48,971 bases of DNA from an uncultured Pseudomonadales bacterium (GCA_964533345.1 CAZHLX010000002.1:1-48971); one strand, 5' to 3'; shown: positions 8,436 through 18,622, numbered from the stretch's first letter. Program-made: numbers and translations. Notes: generated by a model from the letters alone, not told the origin.

Positions 8436-10931
8436 TTGATCTATACTGTGAAGCAACCATTGAAACCTGTCTCCTATCAAGGCCAAAAGTTCAGCACACC
8501 CATGATGCATCAGTATGTGAAATTGAAAAAAAAATACCATGACTGCTTATTACTCTATCGTCTCGGAGATTTTTATGAGCTTTTTCTAGAGGACGCAATC
8601 ATAGGAGCTGAGATCTTAGATATTATTCTTACCAAAAGACCGCGTGGTAAGGATGGCGATGTTCCCATGGCAGGAGTCCCTTTCCATGCTTTAGAAAGCT
8701 ATCTAACAAAACTTGTTAAATCAGGATACAAGGTTGCTATCTGCGAACAAACCAGTGAACCTGGGAATGGAAAGCTCGTAGAAAGAGAAGTAGTGAGGAT
8801 CGTGACTCCAGGGACTCTTCTCAACGAAAGATCTCTAACAAAAAATGAGAATAATTATTTGATTAGTCTGACCATTAAAGGTGAGAGCTTTGGACTTTCA
8901 GCGGTAGATCTGTCTACTGGACAACTCTTATCAGGAACCTTTAAAAATGAGCATAGCGACCTAGATACTATCTTGCATGAACAGCTTCATCGTCTTAATC
9001 CCAGTGAATGCATCCTCTCTACTAATGCTTACAATGATCCTAGTATCTTAAAACTACTTCGTTTGCATCATGGTTTAAATGTTTATTGCTACCATGATTG
9101 GAAAGATCAACAATCCTGGGCAGAAGAAGTTATCAAAACCCAATTTGAAGTCAGCACCCTAAAGAGTTTCGAGATAGAAGATCAACCATTAGCCATAGTA
9201 GCTACAGCTAACTTAATCAGCTATTTAAAAGAAACTCAATTTAGTCAATTAAAGCACCTACATACAATTGGTAGTTTTGAGACAGACACTCATGTTCAAA
9301 TGGATAGAGCTACTATTAGAAATTTAGAGCTTTTTTCAACTCTTCGTGACCATCATCTTAAGGGATCTCTCATCAGCCTCTTAGATGAAACTCAGACCGC
9401 CATGGGAGGGAGATTACTTAGGCAATGGATTAAACAACCTTTATTTAAATTAGAAGAACTTAATAATAGACTAGAAGGAGTTGAGTATTTCGTAGAACAG
9501 AGACAACTCAGAAAACAGCTTAGAGAGATATTAAGCCAAATTAATGATATCGAAAGAATCCTCTCAAAACTTTCAGTCGGAATTGGCAATCCTAGAGACC
9601 TAATTGCTTTAAAGGAGTCCCTTAAAAATTGTGTTGAGATTAAAGAATCCATTCCACAAACAAACTCAAAATTAATTAATCAACTTACTGCAAATATTGC
9701 TACCAGCATTAACCAAATCATTCACTTAATAACTACCTGGATTATCGATGACCCACCAGTTGATCCTAAAAATGGAGGTCTAATTAAAGATGGAATCAAT
9801 CCAAAACTAGACCAGCTCAACTTAACTATTAATAAGAGCAAGGACTGGATCATAGAATTGGAACAAACAGAGAGACAACGAACAAAAATCTCTTCACTTA
9901 AAATAGGCTTCAACAATGTTTTTGGTTACTACATTGAAATTAGTAAGGCTCACTCCAAATCAGCTCCAGCTGATTATGATCGTAAGCAAACACTAGTCAA
10001 TGCCGAGCGCTTTATCACTCCAGAACTAAAAAAACATGAATCAATTATCCTCAATGCTCAAGAAAAAACTACTAAGATTGAGTATCAACTTTTTCAGGAT
10101 CTAATTAAACAAATCTTAGAATTCCTCCCAATTTTACAAATTACTGCTCAAAGTATTGCCCAACTAGACTTATTAATGAATTTAGCTCATCTAGCCCAGA
10201 GATATCATTACACGAAACCAACCCTCTCCAATAGAAATGAGATTATAGTTAGTGGTGGTAGACACCCAGTTGTAGAACAAACCTTAGAAGACAAAACATT
10301 TGTCCCCAATGACGTTTCTCTTAATCAAGAGAATCAACAAATGCTGCTTATAACTGGACCCAATATGGCTGGAAAGTCAGTCTTGATGAGACAAGTTGCC
10401 CTAATCGTCTTACTAGCCCAGATTGGGAGTTTTGTTCCAGCAAAATCAGCCAAGATTGGCTTAGTAGATAGGATTTTTGTTAGAAGCGGTGCCTCTGATG
10501 TAATTACTGAAGGCCTCTCAACATTCATGGTAGAGATGGTTGAAGCAGCCTACATTCTGAATCATGCCACTGACAAAAGCCTGGTTATTTTTGATGAGAT
10601 TGGACGAGGTACTAGTACCTATGATGGCATCAGTATCGCTTGGGCATTAGCTGAATACTTAGTTCTAGATAAGAATCATCGTCCTAAGACCCTATTTGCT
10701 ACTCATTATCATGAGTTACAAACATTAGCTGATGAGTACCCACAGAGAATAAAAAACTATCAGGTGGCTGTAGAAGAACTAGATGGACAACTCATTTTCT
10801 TACACACCCTTAAAGAAGGTGGGGCTGATCATAGTCATGGAGTGGCGGTAGCAAAATTAGCAGGAATCCCCAGGGAAATCACAGATAAAGCTGCTCAGGT
10901 ATTAACCAAACTAGAGAAAAGAAGTGCCTAG
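8436..10931 (+). CDS. mutS: DNA mismatch repair protein MutS
   Basis: TPMMHQYVKLKKKY, FYELF, Walker A GPNMAGKS, DEIGRGTSTYDG and THYHEL. The exact start (TTG 8436, GTG 8448 or ATG 8503) is uncertain. Confidence 0.95.
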   Translation: MIYTVKQPLKPVSYQGQKFSTPMMHQYVKLKKKYHDCLLLYRLGDFYELFLEDAIIGAEILDIILTKRPRGKDGDVPMAGVPFHALESYLTKLVKSGYKVAICEQTSEPGNGKLVEREVVRIVTPGTLLNERSLTKNENNYLISLTIKGESFGLSAVDLSTGQLLSGTFKNEHSDLDTILHEQLHRLNPSECILSTNAYNDPSILKLLRLHHGLNVYCYHDWKDQQSWAEEVIKTQFEVSTLKSFEIEDQPLAIVATANLISYLKETQFSQLKHLHTIGSFETDTHVQMDRATIRNLELFSTLRDHHLKGSLISLLDETQTAMGGRLLRQWIKQPLFKLEELNNRLEGVEYFVEQRQLRKQLREILSQINDIERILSKLSVGIGNPRDLIALKESLKNCVEIKESIPQTNSKLINQLTANIATSINQIIHLITTWIIDDPPVDPKNGGLIKDGINPKLDQLNLTINKSKDWIIELEQTERQRTKISSLKIGFNNVFGYYIEISKAHSKSAPADYDRKQTLVNAERFITPELKKHESIILNAQEKTTKIEYQLFQDLIKQILEFLPILQITAQSIAQLDLLMNLAHLAQRYHYTKPTLSNRNEIIVSGGRHPVVEQTLEDKTFVPNDVSLNQENQQMLLITGPNMAGKSVLMRQVALIVLLAQIGSFVPAKSAKIGLVDRIFVRSGASDVITEGLSTFMVEMVEAAYILNHATDKSLVIFDEIGRGTSTYDGISIAWALAEYLVLDKNHRPKTLFATHYHELQTLADEYPQRIKNYQVAVEELDGQLIFLHTLKEGGADHSHGVAVAKLAGIPREITDKAAQVLTKLEKRSA

Positions 10932-12585
10932 AATAAAAACTCTTCCACAAGCTGTTGTAAACAAAATTGCAGCTGGAGAAGTAGTAGAAAACCCAGCTTC
11001 AATTATTAAAGAATTGATTGAGAATAGCTTAGATGCCAAAGCTACTCAGATAAAGATTGAACTAAAGAAATCAGGTAAAGAGAAAATTGTAGTAACTGAT
11101 GATGGTCACGGGATGGTGAAAGAAGACTTAAAACTCGCAACACTTCCTCATACCACCAGCAAAATTCGTCATCTTGATGATTTATTAGGAGTTTTATCTT
11201 TTGGCTTTCGTGGAGAAGCTTTAGCAAGCATAGACCAAGTTAGCCAGCTAACCATTGCTAGTCGACCTACTGAAGAACAGACTGGCTTCGTTGTTCAAAA
11301 AGAAACTCAACAGATCAAGCCGCTAGGGATGCCAATCGGCACGCAAGTTGTTATTGAAGATCTCTTTAACACCATCCCTGCTAGAAAAAAATTTCTTAAG
11401 TCAAAAACAATGGAGTTAAATAAAATAATTAAGATTGTTACCCAATTAGCCTTAGCCAATCACCAAATCGGATTTCAGCTCCTGAATGATAAGAAACTTA
11501 TCATCGATGTACCAGCCCAACAAACTTTTATTAATCGTGTAGAAGAGTTACTTGGTTTAGAAAAACCTCAGCTTTTACCAGTTGATTTCTCACAACCACA
11601 TCTTAAAATCACTGGATTTATTGGCAAACCACCTCTGTCCAGATCTATTAATAATCGACAGTATCTATTCGTCAATCAGCGCAGTATCACCCACAGTGGT
11701 ATAGAAAAAACAGTTCGTCATGCTTATGGAAACCTCATCGAAAAAAGTCATCATCCTATTTTTGTTTTATTTATTAAAGCTCCTCCTCAAACAGTTGATG
11801 TCAATGTACATCCACAGAAAGAGACTATCTCCTTTATAGATGAGAGCTTAATCAAAAAAGCTATTCATGAAGCTATCAGTCAATCTCTCTTTTCATATGA
11901 GTCTAATCCACAAAAAACATTGATTTTTAAAGATAATGATTTTAGGCTTTCATATCTCAGTCAACAGCTTAAAGAAGAAGTGACTCCATGGTCAGTAAAA
12001 GACTTGGCTAAAACAGAGCAGATTTTGCAAGTTCACAACTTATATTTAATTGCTGCTACTAAACAAGGAGTTATTTTAATTGATCAGCATGCAGCTCATG
12101 AGAGGATTCTTTATGAGCAATTTAAGGCTGCTTTTAATGAAAAAAAGAAGCAATCATTCAAGTTGAAAAAATCGCTTATTATTAAACTCTCACCTACCGA
12201 CTCTCAAATTTTGGAGTCACAACTTGAATCCTTAACAGAGTTGGGATTTGATTTAACTTCTTTTGGTCAGACTTCTTTTAAGATCAATGCTCTGCCAAAA
12301 CTACTAAAAGATCATCAACCCAAAGAACTTATCCTCAATTTAATTGATGAGTTACACCACCATCAATCTAGTTATGCTACCAACACCCTGATTGAACGAA
12401 CCCTAAGTTCTTTAGCCTGCAGAGCTGCAATAAAAGCTGGAGATCTTCTGACTGAGACTGAGAGTAAAAAGTTGCTCAAGAAACTTAGCCAGACTAAAAC
12501 TCAATACACTTGTCCTCATGGTAGGCCCGTTTCAATTGAGTTAAGCTTAAATGAATTGGGGAGAATGTTTAAAAGAATTAAATGA
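10924..12585 (+). CDS. mutL: DNA mismatch repair endonuclease MutL
   Basis: NKIAAGEVVENPASIIKELIENSLDA (GHKL ATPase), the endonuclease motif DQHAAHERILYE, and the C-terminal CPHGRP. A GTG start overlaps the mutS stop by 8 nt. Confidence 0.95.
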   Translation: MPRIKTLPQAVVNKIAAGEVVENPASIIKELIENSLDAKATQIKIELKKSGKEKIVVTDDGHGMVKEDLKLATLPHTTSKIRHLDDLLGVLSFGFRGEALASIDQVSQLTIASRPTEEQTGFVVQKETQQIKPLGMPIGTQVVIEDLFNTIPARKKFLKSKTMELNKIIKIVTQLALANHQIGFQLLNDKKLIIDVPAQQTFINRVEELLGLEKPQLLPVDFSQPHLKITGFIGKPPLSRSINNRQYLFVNQRSITHSGIEKTVRHAYGNLIEKSHHPIFVLFIKAPPQTVDVNVHPQKETISFIDESLIKKAIHEAISQSLFSYESNPQKTLIFKDNDFRLSYLSQQLKEEVTPWSVKDLAKTEQILQVHNLYLIAATKQGVILIDQHAAHERILYEQFKAAFNEKKKQSFKLKKSLIIKLSPTDSQILESQLESLTELGFDLTSFGQTSFKINALPKLLKDHQPKELILNLIDELHHHQSSYATNTLIERTLSSLACRAAIKAGDLLTETESKKLLKKLSQTKTQYTCPHGRPVSIELSLNELGRMFKRIK

Positions 12586-14258
12586 AAAAAATTATAAAAT
12601 CTTTAATTTTTCCAGTTATTATCCTGGTCATAACTTTAAGTGCTTTATTTCCTTTATTTTCTAATCAACTTTTATACAGTGATGATGCTGAACTGCATGC
12701 GGCAAGAGTTGCCAACTATTATCTAGCAATCAAACAAAATCAGATTCCCCCTCGTTGGGCACCAAATCTAGATAGTGGTTATGGCTCTCCCGTTTTTAAT
12801 TTTACTTACCCGCTCCCATATATGATTAGTTCTGTGATCTATATGGCTTTGCCTATAAACATAGTCACCTCACTAAATTTAACTATCATTTTATTGACTA
12901 CTCTAGGAGTAACAGGTGCTTATTTTACTGCTAGAAAATTTTCCCTTTCCCAATTGAGGTCAACAATAGCAGCAATCCTATATCTATCTGCACCATATAC
13001 TCTGATCAATATCTATTCTCGGACAGCATTAGGAGAAATCTCATTCTTTTCTTTTTTACCATGGATGATGTGGAGCATTGAACATTTTATTAGGGACAAA
13101 AAGATCAAGTTCTATATTCCAATCGCACTAGTTATAAGTCTATCTCTATTGATTTTAAGTCATCAGACCTCAGCTTTGATTACCCTCCCTATTTTAGCCA
13201 TCTATTACTTAACTAGAATTGAAAAAAACAAACAAAGAATGACTTTAATTAAACGAACTCTACCCTTGTTTATTACTTCTATTATTTTAACTGCTTGGTA
13301 CTGGCTGCCTGCTCTTATAGAAAAGCAATTCATCATTCTAGATAGAGCCGATACAATTACCAACTACTTAACTCAATTTCCCAAAAGAACATCTTTCTTT
13401 TTTCATAATATTATTGGGCTAGATAGGCTTAATACCTTTAAGTTGGTATCTGTGTCTTACAGCTTTTGGATGTTGTTCTTCAGCTCACTTTGGATAGGAG
13501 TTAAAAATAAAAAAGCTAAAACCACTTGGTTTTTATTACTCATTTCACTCTTGATTCTAATACTCATGATGCCTTTTACTCGACCTATTTGGCTAGTCTC
13601 TGGATTAGGAAATTATATTCAATATCCATGGAGATTACTTTCAGTTCTTACTCTGACATCTCTACTGATGTACTTGCACTTAATCAAACAAAAAAAATAC
13701 TGGCTAGACGGAGTGTTAGTTATCATTAGCACTGTCGCGATATTTACCTATGCCCAACCCAGGGGCTTTCAAAGTTGGAGTGACTATGAACTTCTGGAGT
13801 ACTTCAAAACCACGACTACCTTTAATGAGTTTCAACCCATCTGGGCAGCTGAATATACAAGGAATTTTCCTAAAGAAAAACTTTCCTTCAGAAACCCACA
13901 GCAACAACTTTATGAGGATGAAGTAATTCATCCTGTTGAGGGAGTAAGTTATGAGATTGATCACTGGCTAGGATCAACCATGAGCTATGAAATACAAAGT
14001 GATGAATCTATTGAAGTAATTCAGAAAACATATTATTTCCCTGGGTGGAAGTTAAATGTTAATAACCAACCCCAAAAAATAATTTATCAAGATAATGAAT
14101 TCCCTGGTCATATCACCTATCATTTAAATCCTGGCAAACATCAAATAAAACTTAATTTTACCCAAGATACTAAACCTAGAAAGATTGCCTCATATCTATT
14201 TTTATTAGGCATAATCAGCTTAGTTATCTATTATTTCCCTCAGAAAAAAACAAAATAG
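12582..14258 (+). CDS. Large polytopic membrane protein, PTPS-related/GT-C-like (putative glycosyltransferase)
   Basis: 558 aa with at least 10 TM helices. The N-terminal DDAELHAARVANYYLAIKQNQIPPRWAPNLDSGYGSPVFNFTYPLPY resembles the membrane 6-pyruvoyl-tetrahydropterin-synthase-related family. It has a soluble C-terminal domain and a 4-nt overlap with mutL. Confidence 0.45.
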   Translation: MKKIIKSLIFPVIILVITLSALFPLFSNQLLYSDDAELHAARVANYYLAIKQNQIPPRWAPNLDSGYGSPVFNFTYPLPYMISSVIYMALPINIVTSLNLTIILLTTLGVTGAYFTARKFSLSQLRSTIAAILYLSAPYTLINIYSRTALGEISFFSFLPWMMWSIEHFIRDKKIKFYIPIALVISLSLLILSHQTSALITLPILAIYYLTRIEKNKQRMTLIKRTLPLFITSIILTAWYWLPALIEKQFIILDRADTITNYLTQFPKRTSFFFHNIIGLDRLNTFKLVSVSYSFWMLFFSSLWIGVKNKKAKTTWFLLLISLLILILMMPFTRPIWLVSGLGNYIQYPWRLLSVLTLTSLLMYLHLIKQKKYWLDGVLVIISTVAIFTYAQPRGFQSWSDYELLEYFKTTTTFNEFQPIWAAEYTRNFPKEKLSFRNPQQQLYEDEVIHPVEGVSYEIDHWLGSTMSYEIQSDESIEVIQKTYYFPGWKLNVNNQPQKIIYQDNEFPGHITYHLNPGKHQIKLNFTQDTKPRKIASYLFLLGIISLVIYYFPQKKTK

Positions 14259-14273
14259 TGCTATCATAGTTTT

Positions 14274-16058
14274 GTGAAGAAAATTCTTGCCATATTGGGA
14301 GGTATCACCTTATTATCTTTTTTAATTTGGTCTCGTTTTTATCAACTCAATCTCCTACCGGCCAGTCTTACTCATGATGAAACAATTTATGCAGCAAATG
14401 CTAAATCATACCTTCTTCAGGGGAGAGACCTGACTCAAACTCATAATCCTTGGGACATAAGCCCGATTCACCCTCTGTATGCAGAGTGGCCAGCCACAGT
14501 TATGAGTTTAGGGTTTATACTCATCAATAATCCTCTTTTAGCAACTCATTTTTCTTCAGCCTTGATGGGAGTTATTTTCCCATTTATATTTGGTTGGCTG
14601 CTATGGGGACTATGGAAAAACAAGCAATTAACAGTTATCGGGATAGTTATCGCTGCAACTAATCCTTTAATCTGGCAATTTAGCCGTCTTAGCTATGACA
14701 CCTTTTACTCTGTTTTCTTTTACCTAGTAGGAGGGGCTATTTTTGTTAATCTCAAAGGAAAAAAAGCATGGTGGAGTTTGCCTTTATTGATTATTGGTTT
14801 TTTCCAGTATCAAGGCTTGAAGTTGTTACTCTTTCCTTGGATAGGTGTTTTATTTTTACTTAAAAATCAAAGTCTTAATAAGGTCAGAGATAATGTTTTG
14901 AGATCAACTGGGATAATAATGATCACAACTGTTGTAGTAAGTCTTTTCTATGGGTTAGTTGTTCTTCCCAAACAACAAACTAATAATCGTCTCAACAGTA
15001 CTATCTTTTCTGGATCAGATATTATTGCTCAACAAGTTGATACTGATCGCCGCTTATCTCTAGTTTCTCATTGGAATAAATACGTCTCTAATAAACTCAC
15101 TCAAAATGGCTGGTTTATGATCGACAGGTTTATTGATGCCTTCAATCCTTATCTACTTTTTAGATATGGTGAGCCTAGCCAGAGTGGTTTTGCAATCTGG
15201 ACACATGGCATTTTCTACTTGATAGATGCTTTGATGATTATTTTAGGAATATCAATGCTTTTAGGAAAAAAGAAAACTAAACTAAGTGGTTTTCTGATTC
15301 TATTCTCTTTACTAATCTTCAGCGTTCCTAATGTTATTAATACCATGAGTGAGTGGCATATTCCTCGAACATTTTTGGCTTATACCATGCTCTTAATTAT
15401 AATTTCCTGGGGTGGACTGTTAGCTTGGCAAGATAAATTCTGGAGATGGATAGTCGGTGGAGCTTATTTAATTAGTATCATTCATTTTGGTTACCAATAT
15501 TTCTATCGTTACCCAGTCACCCATCTTGACGCTGGAACCTGGGATGAAAGAGTCGTCTCAACTTACGCAAGTCATATAAGTGATAACCAGCTAATCTGGA
15601 TTTATACCGATACTCCTGAAATGACCTTTTATAATTACCTTCTATATACCAATAAAATTAACAAAAATAATTTAGACAAAATTAAAAATACTATTATTAA
15701 GAATAAAGACCTAACAAAGAAGCACTATTCACTTGCAAATGTAATCGTGACCAATGACTGTGTTGAATTAACAGAAAACAAAGTTCATCTCTGGAAAACT
15801 GGTCATAGTTTCTGTAAAGATGAAGGCGAGAATGATGAAGCTTCCTTTGCTAGAGAGAGACAAACTCAGTCCCAGAGATTGTCTATACCAGCCGTACTAG
15901 ATAGTGGAGAAACTTATCGAATCTATGGAGACAAAACTTGCAATCAATATCAGCTCTCATCTTTTGTTCATCTTCAACATCTAGATGATCTTAATTTAGA
16001 TAAAATGAATACTCAACAGTTCTGCCAAAAATGGATAACAGACTTAAGAAGTTTATAA
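14274..16058 (+). CDS. GT-C fold glycosyltransferase, family 39 / ArnT-PMT-like
   Basis: 594 aa. The first loop motif THDETIYAANAKSYLLQGRD matches the DE-x-x-Y-A pattern of ArnT/PMT enzymes. There are many TM helices and a C-terminal soluble domain. Confidence 0.5.
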   Translation: MKKILAILGGITLLSFLIWSRFYQLNLLPASLTHDETIYAANAKSYLLQGRDLTQTHNPWDISPIHPLYAEWPATVMSLGFILINNPLLATHFSSALMGVIFPFIFGWLLWGLWKNKQLTVIGIVIAATNPLIWQFSRLSYDTFYSVFFYLVGGAIFVNLKGKKAWWSLPLLIIGFFQYQGLKLLLFPWIGVLFLLKNQSLNKVRDNVLRSTGIIMITTVVVSLFYGLVVLPKQQTNNRLNSTIFSGSDIIAQQVDTDRRLSLVSHWNKYVSNKLTQNGWFMIDRFIDAFNPYLLFRYGEPSQSGFAIWTHGIFYLIDALMIILGISMLLGKKKTKLSGFLILFSLLIFSVPNVINTMSEWHIPRTFLAYTMLLIIISWGGLLAWQDKFWRWIVGGAYLISIIHFGYQYFYRYPVTHLDAGTWDERVVSTYASHISDNQLIWIYTDTPEMTFYNYLLYTNKINKNNLDKIKNTIIKNKDLTKKHYSLANVIVTNDCVELTENKVHLWKTGHSFCKDEGENDEASFARERQTQSQRLSIPAVLDSGETYRIYGDKTCNQYQLSSFVHLQHLDDLNLDKMNTQQFCQKWITDLRSL

Positions 16059-16376
16059 ATGAGTAGTTTTAATCAGCAAGTTTATCAGCTTCTCAAACAA
16101 GTTCCTTTAGGAAGAGTCACCACCTACAAATCTCTTGCTCAAGCACTTAATACCAAAGCTTATCAAGCTGTCGGAAATGCTTTGAGAAATAATCCCAATG
16201 CTCCTCATATACCTTGTCATCGAGTAGTAAAGAGCAGTGGTACTATTGGTGGTTTTAATGGAAAAATAAAGGGTCAAGAGATTCAAAGAAAGATTAAGCT
16301 GCTTAATAGAGAAGGGGTGAGAATTGAGAGAGGAAAAATACTAAACTTTGAGAAGATATTTTTTAACTGCTCGTAG
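16059..16376 (+). CDS. Methylated-DNA-protein-cysteine methyltransferase (MGMT/Ogt) DNA-binding/active-site domain only
   Basis: VPLGRVTTYKSLA...NPNAPHIPCHRVVKSSGTIGGF carries the PCHRV active-site cysteine. The start abuts the stop of the upstream gene. Confidence 0.8.
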   Translation: MSSFNQQVYQLLKQVPLGRVTTYKSLAQALNTKAYQAVGNALRNNPNAPHIPCHRVVKSSGTIGGFNGKIKGQEIQRKIKLLNREGVRIERGKILNFEKIFFNCS

Positions 16377-16760
16377 AACTTTTTTACTTGCTGAAAAAGT
16401 AATTTTATCTAAAGCATCCTTATACTCGAACCAACCATAATCAGCTACTTCTTCTTCTTGGACTTTGACTTGTTTATCACTCACCCAAGCTGGGTAGTAA
16501 ATCACAGTTTTATGTAGAATTTCCCCATCTTTCTTTGGATAGTACTCTTCACTAAAAGTAGTAGTCTCATCAACTTGATATTGTCTAATCCCAGTTTCTT
16601 CTTCAAATTCACGTTGAGCTGATTCTAAAGGAATTTCATTACCCTCAGCATGACCCTTAGGGAAAGCCCAATGACCTTCAATATGTTGAGTTAGCAGGAA
16701 CTCAACTCGATCTTCATCTTTATACATCGGAATCAAACCAAAGGAAGCATCTTTTTTCAT
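16341..16760 (-). CDS. Nudix hydrolase (Ap4A-hydrolase-like)
   Basis: The Nudix box is GHWAFPKGHAEGNEIPLESAQREFEEETGI. It is convergent with the MGMT gene, with a 36-nt overlap. Confidence 0.85.
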   Translation of the reverse strand: MKKDASFGLIPMYKDEDRVEFLLTQHIEGHWAFPKGHAEGNEIPLESAQREFEEETGIRQYQVDETTTFSEEYYPKKDGEILHKTVIYYPAWVSDKQVKVQEEEVADYGWFEYKDALDKITFSASKKVLRAVKKYLLKV

Positions 16761-16813
16761 AAGTACATTCTATGCTATACATTGAGATACATAAAGAAGT
16801 TATAAGGAGCCTT

Positions 16814-17338
16814 ATGTCAGACCAACCTTTAGTCCATTTAGTCACTGATGATGAAGTTAAGGGACAAGCTAAAGAAATTTTTGAACAAATAAAAGCTAAA
16901 ACTGGGAAAGTTCCTAAGTGGATGAGAGTTATGGCTAATTGCGAAGATGTTTTTGTAGGATTTTTTGGTCTTTTTAAAGCTTCAATGGATGATGCCCCAC
17001 TTGATTCTAAGCTTAAATGGAAAGTAGCATACTATGTTTCAGAACTTAACAAATGTGAGTTTTGCGTGAGTGTCTCTAAGATGCAGCTCATGGGCCTAGG
17101 TATGGCAGAGAGTGAAGTATCTGATCTAGAGAATACTTACAATGAAAGAGAAAAAATCGCCATTGAGTACTCAGAAGCTGCAACAGATCATGCATATAAT
17201 ATTGATCCTGAAGTTATGAGTAAAGCCAAGGCTGAGTTTAATGACGAAGAGTTGGTTGAACTAACCAGTGTAGTGGGATTATTTAACTTCATTAACCGCT
17301 TTAATGACTCTCTTGGTGTCTTACCCGACTCAGAATAG
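16814..17338 (+). CDS. AhpD-like / carboxymuconolactone decarboxylase family protein
   Basis: KVPKWMRVMANCEDV... and the CxxC-type CEFCV motif. I chose the ATG at 16814 because it has an AAGGAG Shine-Dalgarno. The ORF-track start at 16772 lacks one and overlaps a TGcTATACA -10-like box. Confidence 0.65.
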   Translation: MSDQPLVHLVTDDEVKGQAKEIFEQIKAKTGKVPKWMRVMANCEDVFVGFFGLFKASMDDAPLDSKLKWKVAYYVSELNKCEFCVSVSKMQLMGLGMAESEVSDLENTYNEREKIAIEYSEAATDHAYNIDPEVMSKAKAEFNDEELVELTSVVGLFNFINRFNDSLGVLPDSE

Positions 17339-17341
17339 CTC

Positions 17342-18577
17342 TTAACTAAACATTAACCATTCTGGTTTTAAGATTAGTAAAATACCAATTGCTAACATTA
17401 GTAGCCCACCTATCAACCTAGAAAAGTGAGCATACTTACTTTCAATGCCAGTCATTTTTAGAGTAATCATTGCTGCAATGAATACAAACAAATCATCAAT
17501 CATGAAGATGATGATATAGAACACTAAATACAAGTAATACTGCCAAGTTGGTAGGTTTGATAAAGACAAAATTTGAGTATAGATTGCTGGCAAACCAGCG
17601 CTACAAAAAAGCTCAACAATATTAACTGTAAAAGCCAAGAGGGTAATCCCTAATAAGGCTAATCCTAGTTTTTGTTGACTAACTAACTTCTTTAGTTTAG
17701 AAAAAACCTGCTGCCTCTTTTCAGTATCAGTAACTTTACACGCAGCATTCTTATTAGTGAAGTAATCATAAAGACTATAGATTCCTGCACCTAAAGCCAC
17801 CAAAGCAATAGTTAATCTTACCCAGAAAACTAAACCTAAAAATAAGAATAAGTTAAGCCAAGCAGAAAGAAACAAAAAGTAAACTAATCCAGAAGCCAAG
17901 ATAAAAGTAATCCCTAAGATCCACATTCTTTTTCTATCCTTCATTCCCAATAATAAGCTAATTAAAAAGACTAGAGTCCACATCGCACACGGATTAAAAC
18001 CATCTAATAGGGCAACAATAAAAGTGATTGCAGGGAGTGATAAATCTTTTAGATTAATTTTCCCAAAAATAGGCAAGCTTAATTGTCTATCTATCTCTAA
18101 AGGGACTTCTTTTTCATTGATACTAGAAGACACTTCAGCTTCATCATTTTTTTCAGTTGGCTTGGATTCTATAAACTCTGCCACCTGATCTTCACAAGAA
18201 CTATCCCAGCTATCTACACATTTTATTACTAAAGATTTAATTTCTCTTCCAGTTGTTTCTTCACTCAAATAACCAGTAATCGCTTGATTACCAATTAGTG
18301 TAAAAGGAACACCGCCCACTTGTAGACCTAGCTTCTCCCCAACCATCCTAAAAAGATTAGCATTTGCTCTGTTTTCAGAAACTTCAAAAGCTCTCAACTC
18401 CACTTGATCATACTCCTCAGACAAACCAAGTACTAATGAAGCAGCTTGAGAACAATGAGGACAAGTCTTTGAATGAAAGAAATTAATTATCACCTTATTC
18501 TCAACTTGAGCTGAGACTGGTGAAACCAGAACAAACAAAAAAGTAAAAACTAGCAATAAATATTTAATGAATTTCAC
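17342..18577 (-). CDS. Secreted thioredoxin-fold domain (CPHC) fused to a DsbD_2-like polytopic membrane domain
   Basis: A signal peptide is followed by FFHSKTCPHCSQA...GGVPFTLIG (Trx/Grx fold). The membrane domain has LLDGFNPCAMW and ELFCSAGLP cysteines in TM helices, like DsbD/CcdA-superfamily electron conduits. Confidence 0.6.
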   Translation of the reverse strand: MKFIKYLLLVFTFLFVLVSPVSAQVENKVIINFFHSKTCPHCSQAASLVLGLSEEYDQVELRAFEVSENRANANLFRMVGEKLGLQVGGVPFTLIGNQAITGYLSEETTGREIKSLVIKCVDSWDSSCEDQVAEFIESKPTEKNDEAEVSSSINEKEVPLEIDRQLSLPIFGKINLKDLSLPAITFIVALLDGFNPCAMWTLVFLISLLLGMKDRKRMWILGITFILASGLVYFLFLSAWLNLFLFLGLVFWVRLTIALVALGAGIYSLYDYFTNKNAACKVTDTEKRQQVFSKLKKLVSQQKLGLALLGITLLAFTVNIVELFCSAGLPAIYTQILSLSNLPTWQYYLYLVFYIIIFMIDDLFVFIAAMITLKMTGIESKYAHFSRLIGGLLMLAIGILLILKPEWLMFS

Positions 18578-18622
18578 TCACCAAGTTTACCACCAGAAAT
18601 AAATTACGATAATGAGTAGTAG

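Noticed and set aside
3762-13964. Short internal or antisense ORFs from the track (3762-4052, 5696-5878, 5742-5927, 7631-7945, 9392-9652, 9722-9916, 10334-10528, 11042-11227, 13526-13729, 13716-13964)
   Set aside because: Each lies wholly inside a longer ORF that has clear family signatures (prmC, aminopeptidase, EamA, mutS, mutL, membrane GT). None has recognisable motifs or its own translation signals.
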